Below are positions 36,201 to 49,271 of a DNA stretch of 64,000 nucleotides, piece after piece. The notes beneath the pieces were generated by a model. That model was not told where the DNA came from, searched no databases, and worked only from the letters and a program-made list of their open reading frames with translations. This DNA is from Raillietiella orientalis (Eukaryota): NCBI GenBank assembly GCA_036172245.1, contig JAYWIR010000009.1, positions 3,906,001 to 3,970,000 of the forward strand, written 5' to 3'. Each line of letters opens with the position of its first letter. Positions within the stretch are counted from its first letter, which is position 1. The translations under genes were made by a program, and so were the position numbers.

Positions 36201-39151
36201 GTTGTTGTTCCTCGTTTTCTTGCTTTCTTTCTTTCTTGCTTGCTTTCTTGCTTGCTTGCTTGCTTGTGGTTGTTGGAACGGAATCCTCAGCGAAGGAAAG
36301 GGGGGTCTTTCTGTTTCCTTGCACGCGGACGGGTGATTTCCGTCACCATGATGTTGGAAAGCAAGAGAGGATCCGTCGAAGACGCCATCTTGAAGCAGAA
36401 ACGGATGCCGTCCAGTTGCCTATCTAACGGCAAGCTTGATTTGGATTCTTATCGTCTCTATTTCCCTTTCCATTATGTTCAGCAGCAACGGACTATCATG
36501 GGGATAGCGAAACAGCGCTGTCTGTCCTGTTTTGCGGGATGAGGGGCTGTCCCTCGAGTTTTCCCTGTTCGATTCAAACATCCCGTTGACATTTTCATTT
36601 CGCTTCGTGCATCCGCAGCGCAGTGAAGGAAACGACTCTTTGAAAAGATTGGGGACGGAAAAAAGAGGAACCGGCCTTTGGCAACTCGAGCATTCGTTCG
36701 TGATGTTTGCGTTTCCGCGTTTTCCACTCCTGTCGGCGGTGCATTGCTTTCTCTTTCTTTCCTTCCCCCCACCCCCACCCCCCAGTTCCCTCCCCCACAG
36801 GAGAATTGTTTCCCTGAGACTTTTGGCGAGCAGGTAAATTGCTTTCCTAATTGCAGAGTCAATTCCTTTTGCAAACTTGCTGCACATCTTTATTAGTGCG
36901 GTACGTGTCGTAAAGGGCTACTTTGGATCACCGGGAAACGACGGGGTTGGGGGAGAGGGTTGCTTTCGTCGAGACTGTCGATTTCTCACCACCCACCCCC
37001 TCTTTACGAGTTTCCACTACGTTGGGAGGCACTTTCACGTGAAATGGTGCGATGCGAACGATGGCGCGCTCCCCGAAACGAAAAGTTACACACTTTTTGC
37101 CCGGGAAGACGGGCATCCTGGTCGCTTTCCGCCGAGAATGGACCGTCGGCAGCCCAAGCGGAAGGCGCGTTTTCTGTTCTCCCTGCAGGCCTGCGGTTTG
37201 CACGCGCCGAGGTGCTTCTCCTTCCGTGTCCCTCTGGTGGGACAGCCATGGAAACGCAAATGGCCGGAGGATGAAATGTGCAGCCTCAACCGGTAATCGA
37301 GTCGCTCGTCTGGAATCGGAGAGGCCGTACGGAATGGAAGAAGGTGGATGATCCACTCTTTCGTCGGCCGCAAGTCGAATGTGCAAAGCGCCACGGCTTT
37401 CCGAGGTGTGCTGCGTGTCTTCCCGTTGCGACGTTTGCTTCCCGGCAGTGGCTTGGGAGGAAAGCGGCGCTTGGCGCAAGCGAAGGTCATCCTGGGTCGA
37501 GCAGCCAGACGAAACGGTTGTCGGAAAAGCGGAGGAAGTGCCCGAGGAATCCGGGAACTTTGGAGACTGCAGCAGGGTTCGTTCTCTTTGGGGAAGCCAA
37601 GCCAACCGTTTTCTTGTGAGGAATGTGCGGCCGCCGCGCTGCTCCTTCTGCTTCCTGGGATGCGTTCCGCCAGGATCGTTGCCAAATGAACACACGATTT
37701 GCGGATGAATGCAGTTTTCCGATTGCCCCGGAGGGGAAAGGAAGCAGGCGCTTGGTGTTTTTCCGTCGAGCGGGCCCGCTGTCGGGATGGACATTTCCAG
37801 AGTGCGTCGATGCGATGCACGCACTTCTTGCAGGGTGTATGTTTGTTTCTTGGGGTGCCTTTTTGCACAAAGAGGACGGGAATGCATGCCTGCGAGGAGG
37901 GAGGGGCTGTGGCTGTTTGCGCGACGAAGGAGGGAAAGGAAATATGGATGGTGTTGGCGGGGGGGGGGGGGAGTGACGAGGGTTATCCTCCGGGAGAGGT
38001 GTTGTGGAAACGGAAGAGGTGCCCTTTTCGCGAGAGAAACGGAAATGGAACATTGCACGCTGGAAGGCTGCTGCCACGTCCCTCCGGCCCAAAGGGAAAA
38101 GATTCCCTGCAAGCGGAATCTTTTCTTCCATTCGGGCGGGAACGGCAGCGGGCACTCTGGCAGCACGGCGGTGTACCCTTGTGTTTACGCTTCATACGTT
38201 TCCTTTTCAAAAAGTGAAGCGTATCATTTTAATCATTGGATGTAGAGCACGTGCTTACAGTTTACAGCCCTCGTAGTTCTCAATAAATGTCGTTTCTAGC
38301 GAATGTAGTTAACTCGTACATTGCCTTTTGTCGGTTGATTTTAAGCCCCGATTATGATAACCACACGATCCAAGAAATTCAGCGGTTGATACCTGCGCTG
38401 AGATCGTTATTGTCATGCGTTATTTGTGATAATCTTTTAGATGAGCCATGTTCTCCTGCAGAAAACAAATGCCACCATAGCATTTGCAAAAGTTGCCGAA
38501 ATAATAAACTCTGTGCAAAGACTTGTTGCATATGTGGCAAGGATTACTCGGACTACACGGAAAACGTTCAAATGAAATTGCTCATCCAGTGTTATCAAAA
38601 ACTGTGTAATTACATTTGCAGAAATGATTTACTCAAAGGATTGGATTCCGCCGAAAGGCAGGATGTGCATATCAGTGACACGGAAAAGAAAATCAAGCTG
38701 AGTGTACCTGAAATGATTAGAGAAGCTGCAAATAAATTGGGTGACATTGATAAAGGCGATCTTTGTAATAGTGATGATTTAAGCGATTTCAAAGTGAAAA
38801 AAGAAAAGATTAGCGCATGTGATAAAAAAACAAACCCTGCAATAAACAAAATGCTGACACAAGGTACTCAAACTACTCTTACATCCATTTATGCAATGAA
38901 GGGAACATCTCTGATTACAAAATCGGAGAAGGTTCAAGAAATTCTGACATCAAACTCAAAATTGAATACTTTCAATGAAAACACAGAAAACTTTATCGTT
39001 TCCTCCTTACCAGACACCTACCTAGAAAGTAGCAGCAACGCACAAACTAATATTTTGGAAGTTAGCAATAGACTAAATAACAATAGTTGTGGCATTCTCA
39101 TAAATGGTTTTGATAATACTTCTACATTACAAATATTTAACAAAAAAAGTT
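28390..39151. repeat. Right arm (10.76 kb) of large palindrome
   Basis: Reverse complement of 11680-22442. The outer end lies inside the intact msl2 CDS. Confidence 0.98.
31288..31878 (+). pseudogene. Orphan duplicate of the WD40-gene exon VLKIWNFDNQRCLQTI
   Basis: Mirror of the exon starting at 19544, with intact CTCCAG acceptor. No upstream exons on this strand in the present arrangement. Confidence 0.6.
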
Positions 39152-39675
39152 CAAGAAAATCTTATAAAGACAGCAAATCCTTGAAGATAAAAAAAGGATG
39201 TAGATGTGGAAATGCTGCACCCACTCCAGGAAAATTAACATGTTGTGGACAAAGGTGTCCATGTTATGTTGATGCTAAGGCTTGTAATGACTGTCGGTGC
39301 AGAGGGTGCCGTAATCCTTTTCGTTCTGGTGGCAAAAAAATAAGACTAAATTTCCTAGATTCTTTTTCTAACAAGGAACCAGCTTATGATAGTCATTCCA
39401 CAATTCCGGATCATAATCCCATGAATAATATGCTCCTGACCTTCAATCAGCCTTTGTTTCCTGGGGCTTCCTTGCACCAATCATATAATTTAGCTGAGCA
39501 GGACAACTATGAATCAGCAGAATATGCACTAATTGGAGGATCAAGTTTGGTTAATATGAATAACCAACAAATAGGAAAACATCCCATGAACTTCCCAATA
39601 ATTCCCTCCTCAACCCCTAAGAGAGATGTGATTTTTTCTTCTTTTCCCGATAGTGATGAACTGGACTTTGATTAG
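38287..39675 (+). CDS. msl2: E3 ubiquitin ligase MSL2 (male-specific lethal 2 homolog), intronless, 462 aa
   Basis: N-terminal RING (LSCVICDNLL...CHHSICKSC...C...DY.EN.Q...L.QCYQKLC) and CXC domain KGCRCGNAAPTPGKLTCCGQRCPCY...CNDCRCRGCRNP. Confidence 0.93.
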   Translation: MSFLANVVNSYIAFCRLILSPDYDNHTIQEIQRLIPALRSLLSCVICDNLLDEPCSPAENKCHHSICKSCRNNKLCAKTCCICGKDYSDYTENVQMKLLIQCYQKLCNYICRNDLLKGLDSAERQDVHISDTEKKIKLSVPEMIREAANKLGDIDKGDLCNSDDLSDFKVKKEKISACDKKTNPAINKMLTQGTQTTLTSIYAMKGTSLITKSEKVQEILTSNSKLNTFNENTENFIVSSLPDTYLESSSNAQTNILEVSNRLNNNSCGILINGFDNTSTLQIFNKKSSRKSYKDSKSLKIKKGCRCGNAAPTPGKLTCCGQRCPCYVDAKACNDCRCRGCRNPFRSGGKKIRLNFLDSFSNKEPAYDSHSTIPDHNPMNNMLLTFNQPLFPGASLHQSYNLAEQDNYESAEYALIGGSSLVNMNNQQIGKHPMNFPIIPSSTPKRDVIFSSFPDSDELDFD

Positions 39676-39877
39676 TTAAGGCTGATTCTTTGGTTTCCTT
39701 ATCTTTAGATCTTGTGATAATTTATTATATTGGACGAACCAGTCCATGTCTGTGCCACCTCATCTTATTTGTCCTAGTTTTACTCATAGAATCAAGTACA
39801 AAAATGGATGGCTTTGAATAAAAGAAAACAAGGAATACTTGCTGAATAAGAAGGGATAATCGGTACACAAGCCAAGA

Positions 39878-42800
39878 CTAAAAGAGTTGATAATCTGGAG
39901 GATAATGCACAAGGAAAGATCTCCAAAGTAAATTATACTGAAAGGTCCAGCCAAGATGTTGCAGCACTTCCAAGATGCGTTTTTCAGTTTCCTGGGTAGG
40001 TTTTTCATCTTGCTGCTTCAGTAGCTGCTTCAAAGCTCGTCCATAATGCTTGTTGACAAGAGCATGATGAATCAAAAAATTCAATATCTATTTGGAACAG
40101 TAAAATGTGATGACTGTGATGTGTGTCTCTCACCTTTGAATCAGATAGTTCAACGAATTTGAGAACATTTGTCATGCACACTTCAATCTTTTCTTTCAGC
40201 TCCAGATCAGTAACAGATTCTTCTTGCTGTAGTTTCAAATAGCAAGTACACAGTAAAATACCTTGTTTACAGTATGCCTCTACCAAGGCACAGCGAATTT
40301 TCTCCATTTTGCTAATTCATAAATTTTACCAAAAGAAATTCGAAAGATCTGTTTACCTCTTAATCTTGGAGGCATCTGTGCTTGCATCATTTTTCATTCC
40401 AAAGTATGTAAGTAACTCTTCCTGATTAATTTTTGATATGATGGTATTTGTAAGGACTAAAGCTGCTTCTGGATCAAGATTTGGTTGGGCAAGCTGGGCC
40501 ATAGAAAGAGGTAGATGGCTATCATGCAGTGTCAGCAATTCATTATACAGTTCAGCACTAGAAGCAGGATCTGTAACAAACATACATTTGCTTTCTTAAA
40601 CAGTATTCCTATTTACCAAGTTTTGAAAGCCAACTAATCTGCAAATCACGTATAGCCTCATCTAATTCTTCTCTTGAGTGGGTGCTTTTCTCATTTTTTT
40701 CTCCCTTATGCATGGATTTTCTTGGAGGATCAGCAATTATTATTTTTACTGGATAAACATCCTGGAATGAAAAAAAAAAACATTGTCTAGAATATGAGCA
40801 CATTCATCTTTCATATGTACCATTTTACGACCTAATTCATCTTTAGCATACGAAATAGAACCAGTTAACATATGTCCAGGTGATGCTCCCTTTATAACCC
40901 TGAAAAGAGGTGTTGTCCATTCTATATTTTGCACTTACTTTTCCTGAATATGTGGCAGAATGTATACTGAACAAGGTGAACCTGGGTAGACAAGTATAGA
41001 AGAAAACTTTTTTATTCCTGTAACAGCTTGTGACCATGTGCTATGTAAATCAACAGATACTGAGTTGGAAAGACGCTGAAATAATAAAATCGTCATGTCC
41101 TGTAACCTATCAAGTAGTTCCTTCTTTTCATGTCGGACATGCATGCATAACACATAGTCTCCTTTTTCCAGTTTTATGGCATACTAGAAAAGTCAATATC
41201 CAAATGAATACAGATGATAACTACAGATAGTCTACCTTGCAGGGATAAGCATCGCCAGCGCCAAGAAAACGTTTGTTTCTGTCATACAGCATCCAGAGCT
41301 GAGATTCATATTCAGATTCATACAAAAAATCACTCAGGATTGGACTAAGAGATGCTCCAAATTTATTCTACAATAACATAACTTACCAATTAGGAGAGAC
41401 TTCACCTGCTTTGTGCATATGAAAATTGTATGTAAGTTGTAGCTCCAAAATATTGCGCCCAGGTGGAATAATATCTCGGAAACCTAATGGCTGAATACTG
41501 GATTCAGATGGTCTCAGTACATGAACCAGATGTTTCAGAGTAAGCACAGGTAGCACTTCCTCTGGGCCCAGATCACAATGAATATTCACTCTGCTAACTC
41601 CCTCTCCTAAATGAATAGTAAGCTCACGAATGTTTGGGCGAACACCATGAAACTGGATGGAATAATTAACTTCGGTTGCACCAAAGCTTGCCCACCATTT
41701 TGCTATTACTAATTCCAGAACCAATTCACCCTATTAATAGGAAAAATCATAACCAAATACATTACTCTTAAAAACACAGAAAAGCAATTAGAATAATAAG
41801 TACTAATCTTACCCTAACAGGGAAAGCATGTACTGAGTCATCATCACCCACTAATCCAAACATTTTATGGTATTCTAACATTTTAATCACAGAAAAAGAC
41901 TGAATCTGAACAGCATGAAGGCAAAATTTGCATGTTGTAGCAGAAGCTTTGGATACACGAACCACTGAATAACACAACACTAAATAAGATAGCCACTGGA
42001 GAGAAAATTTACCTGCCCATGTGGCACCCAAAGGTACATCAATGAAGTGCCGCCTGATCTGACCCACTTTAAAATGCTTGCCAGTCCATGATAATTCAAA
42101 AGAACTACCCTTTTGTTTTACTTTTTCGGGGATAATCACTGTTGCAGGGATGGCAAACAAACACCCATGACTTGGGTTATTTGCATCAAAAGCCTTAATG
42201 CTACACCACATGATCAAGATTGCTGTTGGATTATTCCTTATAGGTTACCTAGAATGATGTACTCCCGGAGGTAATCCATTTGGGTCCACATGAACAGTGA
42301 CAGCTCTCTGCTGATACATCAGTTGCAAAAACTTTGGATACTGAAGCCAGTCTGCATCACAAGAAAGTCCTAGCGTCATTGAAAAATTCACTTTCGCTTG
42401 AGGATCTATTTCCAATGATCAACTGGATTTACATTATTTTTCAACATACCCACATGATCTGCAGCCAGAAATACTGGTTCAACAGAAACCAGAACATCTC
42501 TTGCTTTGGATGATTCTCCATAGTTTCCTCTCGAGTAAATACCCTTGCTATTATGTCCACACACAACTCGGAAGCACACTTGATTAGCAGGACTGGAAGC
42601 TGTCTCCATATGGTGAAGGAAAGTTTTTTCAACATTTAGGAGCCCACAACCCTGAGTGAAGGAATCTGTTCCAGGTAAAACAGTAGCCATGTTTTCTATT
42701 GCCCTTCGTACACTGAATGGGCTATACGTTATATTGGAAGCTTTAAATCCTGAGAGAAGTAGAGCCACAGCCCCAGAGACATGAGGTGAAGCCATGCTGG

Positions 42801-44994
42801 TTCCATTCATCAACTGGCTTCCTCTTTGCAAATATTTGGGCACAGAAGTAATAGCACCACCAGGTGCACAAACAGTGACTCCACATCCTCCATCTGGAGT
42901 AGGATCTCTGGAACTCCAAGTGTATGCCATGCCATTTGCTTTCTCACGTAGTGAATATTCTGCTAGCATCATATCAGGAGACACATAGGCTCCCACACCT
43001 ATAACCATTTATCATGATACTTTATTTACACCTACCCATAATACAGTTAGTACGTAAATCTGGAGGAGTACTAACTGTAGACAAAGCAGGACCATGGTTC
43101 CCAGCAGATGCTACCCAAATGACACCATATTCATTGACTACTTCCTCAACTACCTCTCCAATTCGCCTTATTAGATGAAAAAAAAATTAGGAACTTTCAA
43201 TAAGAGTGCTTACCCTGAATGAGACCAGTGTGCATGCTCTCCATAACTCATATTAATGATATCCACCTTGTAAGAGGTACATGTCATAATATGTATCATA
43301 GCCCTCATTATAGCTGTTCCTGTTTCCATAGAACCCAACCTATTGTCACCTGAACAGCTAATGCTAGACAGTGCAAGTAACAACACTCCAAACTACCTAT
43401 TGTAATGGATACTATCTGTGCTCCTGGAGCTATGCCATTTTTCTCTGGATGATCTGGAAAATATGCTGCAGAAATGGATGCCACATGTGTACCATGAGCA
43501 GCTGATTCAAATATTTCACATGTTAGTTTTATTGTACCCATTTTCTTACAGCACATGGTAACAATTTCCAACAAGTTACCCTCGTCATGAATATTGACAC
43601 TATAAGTTAACTGATCTTCATCTGTCAGAGTAGCATACTGCAGAGTTTCCACATATGAGCCCAAAAGAGGAAGCAATGCTAAGTCTCCACATTCAGATAC
43701 ATCAATGCAGGCTCTGCCAACAGTACAAAAGATTGCAGATAAATTATATTTCCAGATTAAGACCTCCATTTATCTCCATCATGGAATACAATACAATCAT
43801 AAGCTGGTCCATCATCAGCATATTTTTTTTCAAAATTAGTAAGAATCTCCAGTTGGCAATCAATATCTTCCTTAGTCAATTTTTCCCGGAATTCTAAATT
43901 TGCAGCATTCTTATTTTCATATTCCTATATGAAATCAGAGTCTACGTTTGATATGAAATTTAATTATTACCTGAGATTTCTTTAGAACAGCTGCAAATGC
44001 TTTATTATATAATGGATCCCATACTTTTGTTTTCCTTTCTTTAATTATTCTCTCTTTGAGCTTAAGAGGATAAAGTTCGTAACCATTCTTAATACCAATG
44101 TGATACTTCCCAGTGGGATTTTTCCATGAATCTGGAATCTTAAAAGCATTAATGGCAAAAATCTAATCATGTACAGAATTAATAGTAATAAATCGAAATA
44201 CTAAGACGACATGAATATTTCACCAATTAAACTTCTATTCACAATGATATAACGATACTGTTACCAACTCTACCCTGATTACAAGTGAGTCTAGCCAAAA
44301 TGAAAAACTTTCTAATGTGATGTTTTTTAAGGGTTTGAAGAACCCCTTTATATACCACAATTTTCATAACACGATTAAAGCACACACTTTTAATATTCTA
44401 CCAGAAAGTCCCGTAATGCAACCATCAATTGCTTCCACAACTTTACTCGTATTAACGTCTCCTGCTCCCGTAGCATCGATCCTATCTATAATTTTGGGCT
44501 TCCCATTCGAAGTGATCTGTGAAGAGATAAAAACATGAAAATGAGATAACCTGTGTACTGGTGATAATTTGAAATTAATGACGTTGCGCACCAAACTACA
44601 GTTATAAATACAGACAATATAAATACACGGGTGGATGGTTTCTTGGTAAATCACAGAGTTTTATATTAAATCTCTAAAAATTCCAAAACACGATCACTAA
44701 AACTGTCCGTAAAGAGCTCTTGGATGGAAACGAGTACATGCTTAATAAAGTAAACTCCAAAAAATAAACAGAATCCTGAGCTCTTCGGTGTCTTTCTCCA
44801 TCAATTAGACCTTGACTTAATGATTCAATATGGACCTGTAATCCTTGAGCAGCAGGATCTACTCCTGAATCGAAAATAGCTATGACTACATCTGTCCCAT
44901 CAAATTTTGGATATTTCTGCAAAAATGACTCCACATTGGTTTCTTTCTTTGGCAAGAGAGCCCACTTAGGAAAATCTCCACTTCCAGCATCCAT
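39878..44994 (-). CDS. TPP2: Tripeptidyl-peptidase II, multi-exon
   Basis: [13 protein letters not shown]...[20 protein letters not shown] and [10 protein letters not shown] (subtilase triad); C-terminal ...LGW...HYPPDYQLF. Confidence 0.95.
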
Positions 44995-47805
44995 TACGAA
45001 TATTCCAGTCATCTGATCCATATCAGAGTAGCCAAATTCCAACATATCGATTATATTCAGAAATAAGCAGATATCAATTAAGTGATTGATGTAAAAAAAT
45101 GAATAACACAGTAAGAGAATCTATTTATAATGAGCATTTATTTATCGTATACACTTATGGAATCAGTTCGTACTGCACATAATACTAAATCAGTGAACAG
45201 TACTTATTTATATGTCAACACATTCGAATATCATATAGGAATTCTTTGAAGCTGTTTCTCACATACACGAAAACTCATACACTGATTTTATTGAATTATG
45301 TTCTTGAAAAACAATTCCGAATGCATTTCATAATTTTCGTATCATGTATTCTCCTATATTTTTATTGATATGTTGATTGCTATTGCATGCTGAGGTATGG
45401 ATTCATGGCAACAAAGGAAATAAAAGCATATCTTAGGAATCTATGGTGCATAGAGTAGCGGCAGTTTTTGTTGATTACAGGACCCCGTATCATTGACAAG
45501 AGATGATCGCGTATAAAACACAAAGAATAACTTTAATTTCTAGTCGAATCATAAAGTTTGCAAAGTGGCTCTCATCTAGCAAAGAAACTATTATTTGAAA
45601 ATAAAGGAAATTTAATTATTACACAATACTACATTTAAACAAATATATCGGGAATGATCCTTTGTTTGTGATTGATAGACGAAGCAAAATCTGAAAAATG
45701 CTCTAATTATTGGAAATCGAAACTTCATTTGCCAGTTAAATTTCGTAGTTCAGTCTGATTACGTGCCATTGTAAGATTGGCATATCAAGAAATGAGGAAA
45801 TAATAAGAAATGGTTTTCTATGAATTTCTAAACTATAGAACATATTTTAAAACCATTCTAGTAACAAAATTGGTCCCAGATGCTTTATAAAATTAAAGAG
45901 ATTGACAATTTCCTTTTATTGAGCAAGTTCATATATAACCACTCGAGAAATTGCCCATACACGATAACCAACAGTCATTGTTTTATTCAGAATGAATTCT
46001 AAAGATGTCTTTTCAATTATCAGTAAGAATGCAGGATTAAGATGAAAGAAAACATATCATCTAATCTAACGCAATACATTTTTGTCTTACCATTCACAAA
46101 AAAGAAATAATGTAGATAACTTAGACACACTACACAAATATTCATGATTGAGGCTACCTTGTGATTTAAAGCTACATATACAGCAAAATATAAGAAAACC
46201 AAGCATATGTTGACACTAGAAAGCATCATACTAATTAACAGCTGAACTTATTGTTATTTCAGGTGTCCTTTGCAGTATTTAATAATGAACTAACGAATCA
46301 TAAGCTTAATCTCGGTTATTTCAATCTAAATTTGAATAATTTGATATAATCAGATTTAATCGAACGCAAAAGCACATTCCTAATTAATGTCATGGGACAA
46401 GTAAACAAGCAAGGTGGATTCTCTGTAAAGATATTAAACAAAATTACAATTTTAGTTGTTTTTCATTCATAAAATCAAAAATCATGACTTTATTAAGCTG
46501 GAAATGGCAGTAGTATGTCAAAAATTAAGCAATTTACCTTAGAACTATAAAGATGGTGAGAACAAAGTAATGGAAACGTAAAAATTTCTATACTCTTTAC
46601 GAACTGTAAGCGAAAATAATATGTAGTTTGGAAATAACTGTCAGAAATATTGAAAAAGAATGAAAACAAAAAATACGTAATAATAATTTATGTGGAAAAC
46701 TATATTAATCCATTACTTACAGAAGATTTCTGGTCAGATAATTATCAAGTACTAAAGCTTTTCTACTGAACGAAATTGAAGAAAATGAACAAAAGGATCA
46801 GAGTTCAAATGGAAATCAGTATAATATTGTAAAAAGCTTTCAAGAACAAAACAAATTGATGAAATCCTTGTGGAAAGAATTTTAACTGATTATGTAATCA
46901 TGGTTGTATGTAATGATAAGTATATATGTGATGATGTATGTATCTTTCAGCATAGGTTGCATTATAAACGGAAAACTGATTGATCATATGTGACAAAGCA
47001 AGTTTCGAGTATTCTTTGCTCCATCTTATTTGTTGCTTATTTATAAATTTGAAAATATTAATTGCCTAAAAGAAATACTAGATTAAAGGTTTGAGGCAAT
47101 AGTTGACCGGCATTATAAAGAATGCAATCTATGTTGGTTCTTGATAAAAAAGAGCATCTAAAACAATAATTTATTGTTATTCATGTTTATTAAAGCTATG
47201 CAATGACCAGATTTTTAATATTTGTCTGCAATTCTTTTTTATTCAAAGTATGCACTCATCTTTTTGATTTCTTTAAATACGATTAAATTGTTATAACAGC
47301 TTTAGTTTTGTAGCTTTCGTATATTAGATCTGAATAATGCTGGCACCTTTGCCAGCAATGTTTTTGTAGGGTACGTGCATTCAGTGTTGATGTTTGTAAA
47401 GTAAGCATTTTCTTTTTTCTTTGTTTCATCCCTCTTTGACACATGAAATTATACTAGGGCGTATCAGGTGTTTACTCTAGTCTCAGTGTATCTCGCCAGT
47501 AACTCTCTTCATCCGATAATAAACGTTCATAATTATTCCCTTCTTTGAATCCATAGACTTGAGTTAAAGTTGGATTCGAACATATATGCGTTCAAATTAT
47601 TTGAACCATCGGTTCTTTTGAATAGCTTTAGGCATCTATTGTCTTCACTGTTTATAATGCATCATGGCTCCCATTTTCAGTTAGCACAATAAGAGCATTT
47701 TGTGAAATTACTGAAATAAAACTTTGCTCATTTGGATTCAAATACCCAGAACTTGGCTCTGCAATTTTTTTAGAATTCGGTTTGGAAAAGCAGAACACTT
47801 TTCAA

Positions 47806-49271
47806 ATGGTATTGTTGCTTAAGTGTGCAATTCAAAATTATGAATGGGGCAAGAAATTTGAAGACAGCCTAGTAGCTAAGCTAACATCAGATCAGTTACC
47901 TAATGACAAAGATGCTAAGCCATATGCAGAACTTTGGATAGGGACACATCCTAATGGACCTTCCATGGTTGTTGGTGTTAATTGTGAGCTGGCAGATTAT
48001 ATTCAAAGCAATCCACAGCTGTTAGACAATAAGGTTGCTCAAAAATATAATAACAGCTTGCCATTTATGTTAAAGGTTTTATCTGTTGCTAAACCATTAT
48101 CCATTCAAATACATCCTGACAAAGTATGTATTTTTTTTTTTATGAATCAGAGATTTTAAGGATTTCAGCAAGCAGCAAAAATTTTGCATCAAACACAACC
48201 CAAACTTTATAAGGATGCAAATCATAAGCCAGAATTGACAATTGCTTTAACTAATTTTGAACTTTTAGCTGGATTCAGACCGATTGATGAAATTCGAAAA
48301 TTTTTAATGCGTAAGCTTCAGCTTTTGCTTAATGATGTTTACTTGAGGAAACAGAGTGTCCTGAATTGTGCCTACTAATTGGGCCTAAACTTACGGAAGG
48401 GCTGATGAAAGCTGAAGATTCTGATACTATAAAGTTGCAATTAAAAAACTGTTTTCAAACTATAATGAAATCTGACAAAGAAGTGATCACAGATTGCTTG
48501 AAAACCTTGATGACTCGAATGAATAGTCAGAGTGAGCATTTTATTAAATTTGCTACTAATACTTTACTTCACCAACACTTGAGTGAAATTGTAATCATGT
48601 ACTCTCAGATGGAAGTGAAGAATACCAAATCTTAGGGGAGATTTTCAGGAAAATCTACTCACAGCATCCATATGATCCAGGATGCTTAGCCATCTTTTTT
48701 TTGAATCATATTAAGCTTAAGCATAATGAAGCTGTATTTCTGGCACCTAGAACACCACACTGTTACTTAGAAGGAGGTATTATTTTTTGTTCAAGTTAAT
48801 CAGCTAAGTACTTTTGTCTGATGAATCCATAGATTGCATAGAATGCATGGCTTCTTCAGATAATGTGATTCGAGCAGGACTTACAGAAAAATATAAAGAT
48901 GTTGAACTCTTTTGTGATTTAGTGAATCTTGACAGTGTATTGATTGATGAAGTATGCTTGCTGCCCTTATTTGTTGATGCCTATGTGACATTATTTAAAC
49001 CACCAATTGAAGAATTTTGTGTTGCCAAAATTGAGGTATTTCATGTCCATATGCTTTCATACATGTGGAGTTGTAGATTCCTGATGGGACTATTGAGTAC
49101 TTGCTACCACAGCAATCATCTGCAAGTGTCATGATAGTCATCCAAGGGCATGGTAGAATAGATGATGCCGAAGTCACTGTAGGAAGTACTCTATTTGTAG
49201 CAGCTGCAAATCGTGTTTTGATTTTACCAAAGTCTTTTATGCTAATCTTTCAAGCTTTCTGCGATGTTTAG
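47806..49271 (+). CDS. MPI: Mannose-6-phosphate isomerase (type I), multi-exon
   Basis: QNYEWGK, PYAELWIGTHP, KVLSVAKPLSIQIHPDK, YKDANHKPE, ECMASSDNVIRAGLT, ending QAFCDV*. Confidence 0.95.

Noticed and set aside
12600..38200. Numerous long overlapping ORFs (up to 412 aa) in the GC-rich arms and spacer
   Set aside because: Expected from high GC. They occur in all six frames, are R/P/S/A-rich, and recognisable motifs jump between frames as in decayed TEs.
11680..39151. Palindrome as a giant TIR transposon, Polinton or endogenous virus
   Set aside because: No intact transposase, polB, integrase or capsid ORF was recognised in the spacer. The right outer end lies inside a host gene and no target-site duplication was seen.
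46250..46890. Exon-like AT-rich segments between TPP2 and MPI
   Set aside because: Stops in all frames and no recognisable family.
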